A DNA stretch of 64,000 nucleotides from the IMG/VR virus record IMGVR_UViG_3300031555_010338; one strand, 5' to 3'. Below, piece after piece: positions 1-9,482 of the stretch. The stretch comes from a virus. Taxonomy: Duplodnaviria; Caudoviricetes. The notes under the pieces are model-generated. The model searched no databases. It saw nothing but the letters and a program-made list of their open reading frames with translations, and was not told where the DNA came from. The position numbers and the translations under genes were made by a program. Position 1 is the stretch's first letter, and the number at the start of each line of letters is the position of its first letter.

Positions 1-165
1 ATGACCAAATACAGAATCGACATTTATGCGGGATGGAGTGTTTATGATGGTCTAATATCCCGTGAGTACAAGTCGTTCAAATGCGTGGATGACGCAAAAA
101 TTTATGCTTACAGTAAGATCGTTGGAACCAAAAATGGTTATTCGATTTTAGAAGTACATCGATAG
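1..165 (+). CDS. Small hypothetical protein (54 aa; may extend upstream of the window)
   Basis: Own translation MTKYRIDIYAGW...EVHR*. Confidence 0.4.
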   Translation: MTKYRIDIYAGWSVYDGLISREYKSFKCVDDAKIYAYSKIVGTKNGYSILEVHR

Positions 166-175
166 GAGATTGCCT

Positions 176-328
176 ATGACTTTACTATTTTTCACCTTGC
201 TCATGTGTAAGCTGATCTGGGATGGCGTGAAGACTTTCTATGCTCAGGCAGTTGTTGATACACATAATCCCTACCGCGAGTATCGCAAAGCACTTGCGGA
301 ACAGAACAAAACGGAGGTACAAAAATGA
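176..328 (+). CDS. Small hypothetical protein with hydrophobic N-terminus (50 aa)
   Basis: AGGAG RBS; MTLLFFTLLMCKLIWD...; stop overlaps the next ATG (ATGA). Confidence 0.5.
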   Translation: MTLLFFTLLMCKLIWDGVKTFYAQAVVDTHNPYREYRKALAEQNKTEVQK

Positions 329-1224
329 GCCTTTTGGATAAATTCAACAGCGTGGAGATCACCGCTGACACCAGGATTTCCGAAGCTGACCGGAAGTTCT
401 GTCAGACGCAGAAAGAGGCATACGATCATGCCCGTACCGCTCTGAAGTTTCTGGCCGAACACAGCCAGAAATATCTTGACGAACAGACTGCCATTTTGGA
501 GCGTTGCGAGAACGAGTCTTACGGCACTTACCTTGGAGATTTTAAGCCTTCCAAATACACCGAGGAACTGCGCGAGTCTCATGACCGCTTCATCTCCAGA
601 ATTTTCTGGTACTTCCAGCATAAGTACAAAGTCACCATCGATTCTTCGGATGCGGATGATGTGTTGCTCCCCAAGAAGCCTGAAGGCGGATGGCGGTACA
701 ACGAAGAAGAGTGGAAAGCCTACAATAAAACGATGGCTGAACTGTCGTTGGACTATCAAGCCGTTCTGGATCAGATTTTCATTCAGCTTGGTGGCTTCTC
801 CTTCCAGGATAAGGCCGTGCAAGAGCTGAAGCAAAAGGCTCATGATGCGGCGTGGAACAGCTATCGCGGCAATAAGACTTACGAGCAGAAAAAGGCAGTC
901 ATTTCCTTCACCGGATATGCCTGCAGCTTTGATAGCTGGCACGAAGAATATCACAAGGGCGAACACCAGATCAAGTTGTCGGATAGCATGAAAAATGTCA
1001 TTCGCGCTCTCGTCCATTTCGAGTATAACAGCACCGACCACACTCCTTACAGTCTCAGCGTTCTCCTTGGTTATGATTGGAAGACATATGATACTGAGAT
1101 GCCGGTTGGTTTGGAAAAGATCAAGAGCATCAAGTGCTTCAAGAATGGTCGTGTGGACATTCGCTTTACCAGCGAAGCTTTTGCCCGTCAGTTTGTGGAG
1201 GATTATTTGGGGACTGCCATATGA
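325..1224 (+). CDS. Hypothetical protein, DUF4942-like C-terminus
   Basis: GGAGG RBS; C-terminal IKCFKNGRVDIRF motif. Confidence 0.55.
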   Translation: MSLLDKFNSVEITADTRISEADRKFCQTQKEAYDHARTALKFLAEHSQKYLDEQTAILERCENESYGTYLGDFKPSKYTEELRESHDRFISRIFWYFQHKYKVTIDSSDADDVLLPKKPEGGWRYNEEEWKAYNKTMAELSLDYQAVLDQIFIQLGGFSFQDKAVQELKQKAHDAAWNSYRGNKTYEQKKAVISFTGYACSFDSWHEEYHKGEHQIKLSDSMKNVIRALVHFEYNSTDHTPYSLSVLLGYDWKTYDTEMPVGLEKIKSIKCFKNGRVDIRFTSEAFARQFVEDYLGTAI

Positions 1225-1841
1225 AACAAATGATTATTGAAGACAAGGCGTATAGCCCAGAAGAAGTATTTTCTCTGATTGGCGAGGAATATCTACTGCG
1301 TAAAACAGACGCTTACAAACACACTTCTGATATGGTTGTGGATGGCTTTAATGTCCGTCCGGTGTCTCTGAGATATATGTTGTTTTATCAGAAGGGAACG
1401 ACATGTGTTTGCTGTGGCAAAACCGGAACGCATTTCAAGCTTTGTGGAGATCCAGATACTAACCGTCGTCATTTCAATCTCTTTGCGGACGATGGTTCTT
1501 TGCTGACGAAAGATCACATTGTTCCCAAGAGCAAGGGCGGAAGAGATCATGTGGACAATATGCAAACCATGTGCGAAGCCTGTAATCACAAAAAGGGGAA
1601 CTACCACGATACGATCAAGATTGATTATATCGTTGCGACCAGGGTGGATAGCGGAAAATCTACCTCTTTCCGAGACATTAACAAGGCCGCATTTCATATG
1701 GTTCAGAATTACTTGCATCCACCCAAGAAAGATTACAGCAATATCATTCAGTGTTCCATTAGTGCGGTATTGTCTATTCAGAACGCACTTAATACCGGAG
1801 TTCCTTATTGTGGATATGTCTGGACTGTTGAGAGCAGATAG
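1221..1841 (+). CDS. HNH endonuclease
   Basis: CVCCG...DHIVPKSKGG...NMQTMCEACNHKKG; ATG at 1221 overlaps the previous stop. Confidence 0.85.
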   Translation: MKQMIIEDKAYSPEEVFSLIGEEYLLRKTDAYKHTSDMVVDGFNVRPVSLRYMLFYQKGTTCVCCGKTGTHFKLCGDPDTNRRHFNLFADDGSLLTKDHIVPKSKGGRDHVDNMQTMCEACNHKKGNYHDTIKIDYIVATRVDSGKSTSFRDINKAAFHMVQNYLHPPKKDYSNIIQCSISAVLSIQNALNTGVPYCGYVWTVESR

Positions 1842-1908
1842 TAAACACCAAGAAGTTAGCTAAACAACTCGCATCGTGGGCGGTTGTGAATACAAACAGG
1901 AGGTAAAC

Positions 1909-4900
1909 ATGAAATACAAAAACATGCAGCAGGAAATCCCGCAGGAAAGTCGCCAGGGATTGAACGATAAGATTCTCTACCTGATCGACAATGACTTGGC
2001 GGAATCCTCTGGTATCACCTGCGAAGATATTTACAACGCCTACACCGGCGATGGTGGATTGCACGGTCTGAAATACAGTGACTTTGACAACTACCATGAG
2101 TATTCCAGCGCAAAGAAAGAGTTGGAGAACGGACAGTTCTTCACCCCTCATGCGGTGTGTGAGTTCATCATGGACTGCTTGGCACTGGATGATACGGACA
2201 TCGTTGCCGATCTCACTTGCGGAATGGGTACATTCTTCAACTTTGCTCCGATGGAAAGCAATGTCTATGGGTGCGAACTGGATGCCAAGGCTTACAAGGT
2301 TGCAAAGTATCTCTATCCGAAGGCAAATCTCACTTGCGGAGACATTCGTTCGTACAATCCTGGTATCAAGCTGGATTATGTGGTCGGCAATCCTCCCTTC
2401 AATCTGCGCTGGTGGGTGGATGGCGCACAGGTTCTGTCTCAGCTCTACTACTGCCAGAAGGCGGCAGAGCTTCTGAAGCCTATGGGAATTATGGCTTTGG
2501 TTGTTCCTTCCTCTTTCCTTGCAGATGATTTTTCGGACGGTGGACTGATTAAGGAAATGGAGAAACACTTCAGCTTCCTTGGTCAATTCACTCTGGATGC
2601 AAACACCTTCTCTGGCCTGGGTGTCACCGGATACCAGACGAAGGTACAGTTCTGGCAGCGTAACAGCGATATGTCTGGTTGGAAGCCTCTTCCCTACACC
2701 ACCTATGTACATGAGAATGTCGGGCTGAACGGAAGCGGCAAAGAGTATGTTCGCACTTTCTTTTTGAACGCGGCGCAGGAGCAACTTCGGAAGAATAGAT
2801 CTCACATCTTACTGGAACTCTCAAGAGATCGAGATTCGTCTGCCGACTTTACATACAAGGTGAAGAAATACCTGTATGATATCAAGTCTCATCCTCGTCT
2901 GAAAGAAAAGTATGTGAAATGCTGCGAATACATCAATCGCTACTACACACAGAAACAGCCCGAGGATATGTCCTACGAGGAATGGTGTCGTGTCCGTATC
3001 ACGGAAGCCAAGGTACTGGCGTATCTGCGAAACACGGTGCGCAAACAGCATCCCGTACAGTACAAGGACGAAATTCGGATGGTCAAGCGTGACTACTCCA
3101 TTGGGTTTAAGGCTTATAGCCCGAAAATGGCACGGCAGATGACCGGCGCAATGAAAACCGATACTCCGATCTATCAGATCGTGTCGGATGAGCTGAATGC
3201 TTCTGAGTTTGGAAGCTACGCAAGAATGATTCGCCGTCGCCAGCGTGAATATCAGATCGAACAGCAGCAGTTCTCCGATATGGAACCGAATGCTGAGATC
3301 GCTACATGGCTGGATGAATTCATGCTCTACGACTCAGAAAACGAGGAAGAAATTCGTCTGAACGACTTGCAGAAACACGATATTAACCTCGTATTGCAGA
3401 AGCGGTACACACTTCTTCAGTGGGAGCAAGGCAGTGGTAAAACGCTGGCTGGTATTGCTACAGGCTTGTATCGGATGGAACGGCAGGGTGCTTTTTGCAC
3501 CTGGGTTCTCTCCCCCGCAATTTCTATCAAGAACAACTGGAACGATGTCCTTCCGAACTACGGACTTTCTTATGTCATGGTGGAAAAGCTGTCTGATCTG
3601 GAACGCATCCAGCGTGGAGATTTTATTCTCGTCACGATGAACAAGCTTTCCAAATATCGTAAGCAAATCAAGAACTGGATCAAGCAGCACGGTCAGAAGG
3701 TTGCGTTCTGCTTCGATGAAAGCGATGAGATTACCAATCCTTCCAGCATTCGAGCAAAGGCAACACTGGATGATTTCAGACGCTGTAAGTTTAAGCTTCT
3801 CATGACCGGAACCAGCACCAGAAACAATATCAGTGAGTTTGCCCCTCAGTTGGAGCTTGCATATAACAACTCTGCGAATATGATTTCCTGGTGTAACACC
3901 ATTTACCACTACGAACGGGCAAGTAAGAAGGATGGAAAGGAAGCAGAGCTTACTTGTACAAACAATCCGTATTATGGACAGCCTATCCCCGCATACAAGG
4001 CTGGATACTCCCTCTTTTCTGCAAGCCATCTGCCTGAGCGTATCACCGTGTTTGGTGTCGGTCAGAAAACGCAGGATATTTACAATGCGGATGAGCTGAG
4101 CGATATCCTTGGTCGGTTTGTAATTACTCGTACTTTCGAGGAAATTTCTGGAAAAGACATCAAGCGCATCCATCAGGTTCCCGTTCGCTTTACGGAAGAT
4201 GAACGCGCAGTGTATCAGAAAGCGATCAACGAGTTCCACGCTATGCGGAGTCATTACTTCGCTTCCACTGGAAACTCCCGCAAGGATTCTATGATGAAGC
4301 TTATCCAGCAGATTACCTTGCTTTTGCGGATCAGCGCTGCGCCGAATACTGTTGTTGAGTATTGCGGCGATACTCCGACAAAGATCCGTACTGTCGTAGA
4401 AATGCTGCAGTCGATGGATAACAAGATCGTGGCAGTTGGTGTACGTCATAAGGTTGTTGTCAACGCATACGCCGAGGCTATTCGGAAAGCTATGCCTGAT
4501 CGTCCGCTCTTCATTGTTACCGGCTCCACCACAACGCTGGCGAAGCGCCGCGCCCTTCGGAAAACCCTGCGTGAAAGCAAGAACGGCATCTTGCTCTGTA
4601 CTCAGCAGAGCTTGCCAAGTAGTGTGAACTTTGAGTTTGTGGATAATGTCATCATTCCGGAACTACACTACAACAATTCCAGAATGAGCCAGTTCTACTT
4701 CCGCTTTATTCGCTATAACTCTGTCAATGTGAAGAATATCTACTTTGTCACCTACCTTGGAAGCATTGAATCTAATCAGATGCAGATGGTGTTGGCAAAA
4801 GAGAAGCTTAATCTTTTCATGCGCGGCCAAAATACCGATTTGGATGAAATCTACGAACGGTTTGGCGTTGATTACGATCTGCTGTCTATGTTGATGTCCC

Positions 4901-4959
4901 GCGAAGTGGATGAGAATGGCAAGTTCTACATTCGTTGGGGCGAACAAGAGATCGCATAA
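1909..4959 (+). CDS. N6-adenine DNA methyltransferase fused to an SF2/SNF2-like helicase
   Basis: GQFFTP, DLTCGMG, NPPF; Walker A QGSGKT, DESD, TGT; AGGAGG RBS before ATG 1909. Confidence 0.85.
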   Translation: MKYKNMQQEIPQESRQGLNDKILYLIDNDLAESSGITCEDIYNAYTGDGGLHGLKYSDFDNYHEYSSAKKELENGQFFTPHAVCEFIMDCLALDDTDIVADLTCGMGTFFNFAPMESNVYGCELDAKAYKVAKYLYPKANLTCGDIRSYNPGIKLDYVVGNPPFNLRWWVDGAQVLSQLYYCQKAAELLKPMGIMALVVPSSFLADDFSDGGLIKEMEKHFSFLGQFTLDANTFSGLGVTGYQTKVQFWQRNSDMSGWKPLPYTTYVHENVGLNGSGKEYVRTFFLNAAQEQLRKNRSHILLELSRDRDSSADFTYKVKKYLYDIKSHPRLKEKYVKCCEYINRYYTQKQPEDMSYEEWCRVRITEAKVLAYLRNTVRKQHPVQYKDEIRMVKRDYSIGFKAYSPKMARQMTGAMKTDTPIYQIVSDELNASEFGSYARMIRRRQREYQIEQQQFSDMEPNAEIATWLDEFMLYDSENEEEIRLNDLQKHDINLVLQKRYTLLQWEQGSGKTLAGIATGLYRMERQGAFCTWVLSPAISIKNNWNDVLPNYGLSYVMVEKLSDLERIQRGDFILVTMNKLSKYRKQIKNWIKQHGQKVAFCFDESDEITNPSSIRAKATLDDFRRCKFKLLMTGTSTRNNISEFAPQLELAYNNSANMISWCNTIYHYERASKKDGKEAELTCTNNPYYGQPIPAYKAGYSLFSASHLPERITVFGVGQKTQDIYNADELSDILGRFVITRTFEEISGKDIKRIHQVPVRFTEDERAVYQKAINEFHAMRSHYFASTGNSRKDSMMKLIQQITLLLRISAAPNTVVEYCGDTPTKIRTVVEMLQSMDNKIVAVGVRHKVVVNAYAEAIRKAMPDRPLFIVTGSTTTLAKRRALRKTLRESKNGILLCTQQSLPSSVNFEFVDNVIIPELHYNNSRMSQFYFRFIRYNSVNVKNIYFVTYLGSIESNQMQMVLAKEKLNLFMRGQNTDLDEIYERFGVDYDLLSMLMSREVDENGKFYIRWGEQEIA

Positions 4960-4978
4960 ATAGAAAGGGGTAAGATTT

Positions 4979-5305
4979 ATGACCAGAAGAATTATTGCGC
5001 TGAAAGGGCGCGACGGATACTACATTTCCCAAGAGTTTAACGGAGATCGTGACGAGGCGATGCAGCTTCGTGGGTTTGCCGTAGTTCAGGCCAACTGGAG
5101 CGATATTGTTCCTTTGTTCAATGGTGTGTCTGGTCTTAGCATGTTTTCCAGTGCTGTAAAGAAGGCGGAAAATCTTTTCGGATACGAAAATCTTCCCTTG
5201 GAAGTCGTTAGTGAGCTTCCGTCCGAAGAAGAAATTTGGATCGTAGATAGAGAAGAACTTGTGCTTTTCTCCAAATACGGAGAGGTGGTCGATCAGAATG
5301 GATGA
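4979..5305 (+). CDS. Hypothetical protein
   Basis: ORF with purine-rich RBS, in operon context. Confidence 0.6.
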   Translation: MTRRIIALKGRDGYYISQEFNGDRDEAMQLRGFAVVQANWSDIVPLFNGVSGLSMFSSAVKKAENLFGYENLPLEVVSELPSEEEIWIVDREELVLFSKYGEVVDQNG

Positions 5306-5723
5306 AGAGATCAGTTTGATTTATGAAGAGCTTTTTCTGAGCGGTTCTTGCGTGATCGGCAAACGTCGCAAGGATGGAAAGTGGGACGCAAAAACATATC
5401 GCATTCTGAATGGCCTGTGCGAGATTGCCAAGCGTTATGGACGAGTAGTGAAATTCAATAAAATCGATGGCTCTGTCGAACTGGATTACGAACTGTTCGA
5501 GGTCGATATCGACGGAAAGCATATTGTAGCTTACAAGGCAATCAACGGACGCGATTTGCTCCCTGGCGATTTGTATATCGCAAAGCGGAACACCGGATGG
5601 CATCTTGCAAAGTGTTTGTATGTTGACAAGAGCGGCGGCTGGGTAATGCCCGATCCTCCTGCATCGATTTACTCTTACGACTGTCATGAATGCTTCAAAG
5701 TAAAAGAGGTTACAAGCATATAG
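5298..5723 (+). CDS. Hypothetical protein
   Basis: GAGGTG RBS before ATG 5298. Confidence 0.6.
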   Translation: MDEEISLIYEELFLSGSCVIGKRRKDGKWDAKTYRILNGLCEIAKRYGRVVKFNKIDGSVELDYELFEVDIDGKHIVAYKAINGRDLLPGDLYIAKRNTGWHLAKCLYVDKSGGWVMPDPPASIYSYDCHECFKVKEVTSI

Positions 5724-5743
5724 TTAAACAACCGGAGGTGTGT

Positions 5744-5884
5744 ATGAACTATTCGTTTAACAATCGCGGCGGGCATATTGAAGTCCTCGATGATGCTGGA
5801 CGATTCATGTTTTCTGCGGATACTGTTAGTGAAGCATACCGTGAGCTGGCAGACATGGATCGTGAAGAAAGCAAGAGAGAATAA
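5744..5884 (+). CDS. Small hypothetical protein
   Basis: GGAGGTG RBS; MNYSFNNRGGHIEV... Confidence 0.55.
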   Translation: MNYSFNNRGGHIEVLDDAGRFMFSADTVSEAYRELADMDREESKRE

Positions 5885-5910
5885 AAAAAAGCTCCCCATA
5901 AAGGGGAGCT
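5884..5910. terminator. Intrinsic terminator-like hairpin
   Basis: A-run then AGCTCCCC-ataaa-GGGGAGCT. Confidence 0.6.
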
Positions 5911-5920
5911 AAGTTGAGAG

Positions 5921-6133
5921 GTGTTGTGGATGATTGAAAAGTTTGTGTCGTATAAGGAACGCAATGGAATTATTGAGCGAGATCGGGATGTATGGACGGT
6001 CAAGATCGCCAATGGGAAATATTATATTTCGTGCAATGGAAATCCTATCTGCTATGGCACTGCTCAGCCTGGAATGACTTGCGAGCGCGTACTCCGCAAC
6101 TGCTCTGGGAAACAGTTTATGAAAGTGAGTTGA
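5921..6133 (+). CDS. Hypothetical protein
   Basis: GAGAGG RBS; converges on immA. Confidence 0.45.
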   Translation: MLWMIEKFVSYKERNGIIERDRDVWTVKIANGKYYISCNGNPICYGTAQPGMTCERVLRNCSGKQFMKVS

Positions 6134-6755
6134 TCTGGCGGCTTTGCATCAAAACTCTTCGCATGTCATTTTCCCATGCAGTCTTTCTTCTGTACTTCTG
6201 CCACTTCAAATATTCATCCCATCGGTGGATGGAAGCTTCCGTAGAAAGGCCAAACACTTTCTTGATGTCGGACGGGGAGGCAACTCCAAGCATTTGAAAT
6301 AGCGGCATAGGGCATAACAGGGTAGCTGCAAACTGATCTGCTTCTGCCTCAAACTCTGGGGCGGTTAGATTGTTAAATCCATTTTCCGCAAGCATTGGTT
6401 CCGCCACAAGTGGAAGGTGTTTTAGGATGACATGTCCAAGCTCGTGTGCCTTAGTCCACCGTCGTCTACCCTCCACATTGTTTTCGGAGTGGTCGTCATT
6501 CCATAAGATCAGATACCGATCATTGGCAATGTCGTAGTGTGTGCAGCCAGACTTACTTTCGCAGAGCACAATCACATCTCGTATTGTACATTGGTTAATT
6601 TCTGCGAACTTGTCATATGTCAAGATCCTGCAATTAGAAAGGCTTGAAATAATATCGCCTGGTTCAATAGGAAACGTGATGCTTCCCATCTGCCTATATA
6701 GCTGCAGAACTTGGTTGTAGATATACGGGTATCGAATCACGGAATACACCTCCAT
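6117..6755 (-). CDS. ImmA/IrrE family metallopeptidase (anti-repressor)
   Basis: RRRWTKAHELGH (HExxH) and EAEADQFAATLLCP; true start may be the GTG near 6740. Confidence 0.9.
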   Translation of the reverse strand: MEVYSVIRYPYIYNQVLQLYRQMGSITFPIEPGDIISSLSNCRILTYDKFAEINQCTIRDVIVLCESKSGCTHYDIANDRYLILWNDDHSENNVEGRRRWTKAHELGHVILKHLPLVAEPMLAENGFNNLTAPEFEAEADQFAATLLCPMPLFQMLGVASPSDIKKVFGLSTEASIHRWDEYLKWQKYRRKTAWENDMRRVLMQSRQINSLS

Positions 6756-6796
6756 TCTGCTGTATTATATCAAGTTTACTGTCCAATAAAAAGGAC

Positions 6797-7153
6797 TTAT
6801 TCTCCGTTCCCCTCGTCACTGAATGCGTAGTCAAATCCCAGGCGGATCATCTTCATCATTTTCTCGCGGTCAGTCGGAGACATTTTGTTTCTTGCTCTTT
6901 GCAGCGACACAAAATCATCGTCGCTCATAAGCTTTTCTGCCGGTTCTTCCACATTGGACAGGCCAATCAAATAATCGGTAGAAACATCAAAATACTCAGC
7001 AATCAACTTGACCTTATCAATGGACGGGGAGGAAGTCTGCTTCCATTTACGGATCAAAGATGTGCCGATACCAAGATCGGTTGCCATCTTAGTAATTGTA
7101 ATGCCTCTTGCTTTGCACAAGCCAGATATTCTCTCATATAAAATCGAGTCCAT
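6797..7153 (-). CDS. XRE-family HTH repressor (ImmR-like)
   Basis: Cro/CI HTH (ITITKMATDLGIG...PSIDKVKLIAEYFDVSTDYL); paired with ImmA. Confidence 0.9.
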   Translation of the reverse strand: MDSILYERISGLCKARGITITKMATDLGIGTSLIRKWKQTSSPSIDKVKLIAEYFDVSTDYLIGLSNVEEPAEKLMSDDDFVSLQRARNKMSPTDREKMMKMIRLGFDYAFSDEGNGE

Positions 7154-7195
7154 AATATATCCTCCAGAAAAGATAAAATTTTCTCGCTTTCCCTA

Positions 7196-7224
7196 TTGAC
7201 ACCGCCACTATTTTCCGCTATACT
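7196..7224 (+). promoter_or_regulatory. Sigma-A promoter, rightward
   Basis: TTGACA-17-TATACT. Confidence 0.75.
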
Positions 7225-7260
7225 TATACCCGTCGAGAAAATAGTAGCGCTTGCTACTTA

Positions 7261-7289
7261 ATTATAAGTCAAATTTTCGCACTTGTCAA
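7261..7289 (-). promoter_or_regulatory. Sigma-A promoter, leftward (repressor)
   Basis: TTGACA-17-TATAAT, perfect consensus on the minus strand. Confidence 0.8.
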
Positions 7290-7315
7290 CACAATAATCC
7301 AACTGGAGGCGGAAC

Positions 7316-7771
7316 ATGATTTTCAAGAATGGTGTAACGAACGAGCCTGTACTGGCTGCTGACTTCGATATGGTCAGCACAGATAATAAGCGTGTTGTTC
7401 TGAAGTACAACGGAAAGCTTTGGGATGATGTTCTGTTTGAGGCAATGCGTATGGCCTGTGAGGTCATCAACAATCCTGCTATTGATATGGATAGCTTTGA
7501 AAGTGTTGTTGCTGACATCTCCATGTGTGTTGGATTCAGTATTCAGTTGGCATCTATCCGTACTTACGCAGATCTATCCGTTACAACTACATCCGGAAAA
7601 ATTGCAAAGCGTCGGTTCCTTGTCTATGGAGAAACGGAAGAGGTTGTAAATATCCTCACACGTTTCTTTTCTGAGGGTTGCCAGGGTGTCTACCCTTCTT
7701 TTGCAGATCACTTTGCGGCGTTCTTTGCCGCATGGCGATCCTCAGAAAAAAATCAAAAATTATTTTGCTAA
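7316..7771 (+). CDS. Hypothetical protein, first gene of the rightward transcript
   Basis: GGAGG RBS. Confidence 0.65.
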   Translation: MIFKNGVTNEPVLAADFDMVSTDNKRVVLKYNGKLWDDVLFEAMRMACEVINNPAIDMDSFESVVADISMCVGFSIQLASIRTYADLSVTTTSGKIAKRRFLVYGETEEVVNILTRFFSEGCQGVYPSFADHFAAFFAAWRSSEKNQKLFC

Positions 7772-7777
7772 TTCCTA

Positions 7778-7806
7778 TTGACAAATGCCCAGCAATCGTG
7801 TATAGT
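7778..7806 (+). promoter_or_regulatory. Sigma-A promoter
   Basis: TTGACA-17-TATAGT. Confidence 0.7.
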
Positions 7807-7858
7807 ATTGCTTGTAAGGAACGAACTAAACAATTCTCTTGAATATGGAGGGGTGTGC

Positions 7859-8806
7859 GTGGATAACAGTAGTTACCGTAACCTTTATATTGCAGAGCTA
7901 ACGGAAAAGAGACAGCTTTCCGAGGCTTCCGTTCAGACAATCCAGAACTTCTGGAAGCGTGTGCAGCGCTTTGAGGAAGAGAATGGAAATACTTTGGAGG
8001 ACGGATACACGAAGGAAGAGTTTGTGAAACTCATTTCCAGCTTTAATATAAGCAATGTGTCTGGCTTCTTGGGTGATAAGAGTAGACTAAGGAAATACCT
8101 TGAGTGGCTTGTTGAGACGAAAGGTTTCGATCCGAACATTGTTTCTGTTCTTACTTCCGTAGGATATGACGATATTGATGCAAGTCGGTTGTTTGAGTTG
8201 AAGTTCTTCAAAGACTTTCAGGACTTGCAGGACACGATTGCGACTACCTTGGTAGTCGCAGACAAGGTTGACGAGCGCATCTTTGCAACTCAGATTACAG
8301 CCATTTATATGGCCTGGTGTGGATTGCAGATGGAGGAAGCCTTGCAGATCAGAAAAGCCGATGTCAAAGACGATCATATCTGTGTCGGAGATCGTGTGAT
8401 TTATCCAAATGCGACAATTATGCAGTTCATCAAAGACTACCGTGATGCAACTGAGTATCAGTCTGCAGCAAGAGCAATCATCACACTAAAATATACTCCG
8501 TCCGAGATGCTATTCCGCACTGCGAGATCCGGATATGTTGACTCCCCTAAGACTATGCGCATCTTCATCCGAAACTTCGGAAAGAGCGGCGGCGAGGACA
8601 GCAACATGTTCCATTACGACAAGGTTTATTGGTCTGGCGTGTATAACAGAGCATATCTTTATGAGTGTGCGAATGGCCTAATTCGTCAGGGCGATATGGA
8701 AACCATCAGCAAACTTTTTAACGAAAACTACACCTCTATTTCCGTAGCAAATAAGCGTCTCCAGGCATATCGGAAGTTCGTGCAGTATTTCTTCCCTTCC
8801 AAATGA
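7859..8806 (+). CDS. Tyrosine-recombinase-fold protein, probable MrpR (SPbeta YopR)-like lytic repressor
   Basis: Integrase-like core-binding N-terminus (...SRLRKYLEWL), degenerate box I (WCGLQMEEALQIRKADV), no HxxR, YDKVYWSG; GGAGG RBS before GTG 7859. Confidence 0.55.
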   Translation: MDNSSYRNLYIAELTEKRQLSEASVQTIQNFWKRVQRFEEENGNTLEDGYTKEEFVKLISSFNISNVSGFLGDKSRLRKYLEWLVETKGFDPNIVSVLTSVGYDDIDASRLFELKFFKDFQDLQDTIATTLVVADKVDERIFATQITAIYMAWCGLQMEEALQIRKADVKDDHICVGDRVIYPNATIMQFIKDYRDATEYQSAARAIITLKYTPSEMLFRTARSGYVDSPKTMRIFIRNFGKSGGEDSNMFHYDKVYWSGVYNRAYLYECANGLIRQGDMETISKLFNENYTSISVANKRLQAYRKFVQYFFPSK

Positions 8807-8961
8807 AAAGCTTAAAAAGGCGAAAGCCTTTTAAGCCTCAAAAGGAATTAGCTAAACAACACTATATGTCCGAACAGTTACCGGTGGAACGCCATATGGA
8901 GAGCGGGTTCGACTCCCGAACGGATAACGATGCTAATTCAATAAGTTGGGAGGTGGTGCTA

Positions 8962-9258
8962 TTGAGTGGGTGTCATTACTGCCGCAGGCAGAGAACATTT
9001 TGGGCATCTGAGCCATCTGGAAAGCCAGATGCTTCGCAGGATCTTCAAAACGCGCATATTCTTGCCGGCACGAACATCTTTTCGGATACGGCTGGTCGTC
9101 AGATACGCTTCATGTATTGCCCCATGTGTGGTGAGCCGTTGCTGAAGCCACCCGACGATGGGGGGGGTAAAGTTGGTATTCTTGCCGCCCTATTTCCCCC
9201 GAAATTTTGCAATAGCATAACAAAATTACAAGGAGCGTGTAAATCATGGGCAAAGTGA
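8962..9258 (+). CDS. Cys-rich hypothetical protein with a G8 tract near the 3' end
   Basis: GGAGGTG RBS before TTG 8962; CHYC...YCPMCG. Confidence 0.55.
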   Translation: MSGCHYCRRQRTFWASEPSGKPDASQDLQNAHILAGTNIFSDTAGRQIRFMYCPMCGEPLLKPPDDGGGKVGILAALFPPKFCNSITKLQGACKSWAK

Positions 9259-9482
9259 AAAATGACAGCGGTTACTATTGGGTTGACAAGGCGATTACCT
9301 GTAACGGCTGCAAGTTTCTAAACTTCTACAAGTGCGGTTGCCGCAGAAACCAGCCGCCTGGAACCGTTCGTCCCCTGTCGTCCTATATCAACGGCGACAA
9401 TTATGTGGCAGTTCTCAAGCCTACCGACTGTGATTATCAGAAGGAGCAGAAAGAAGCTGTCTCCAGCACCAAGGTATCATGA
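9246..9482 (+). CDS. Small Cys-rich hypothetical protein
   Basis: AAGGAG RBS; CNGC...CGC. Confidence 0.6.
   Translation: MGKVKNDSGYYWVDKAITCNGCKFLNFYKCGCRRNQPPGTVRPLSSYINGDNYVAVLKPTDCDYQKEQKEAVSSTKVS

Noticed and set aside
7859-8806. Second active integrase
   Set aside because: The catalytic Arg and HxxR motifs are not evident, so a repressor role is more plausible.
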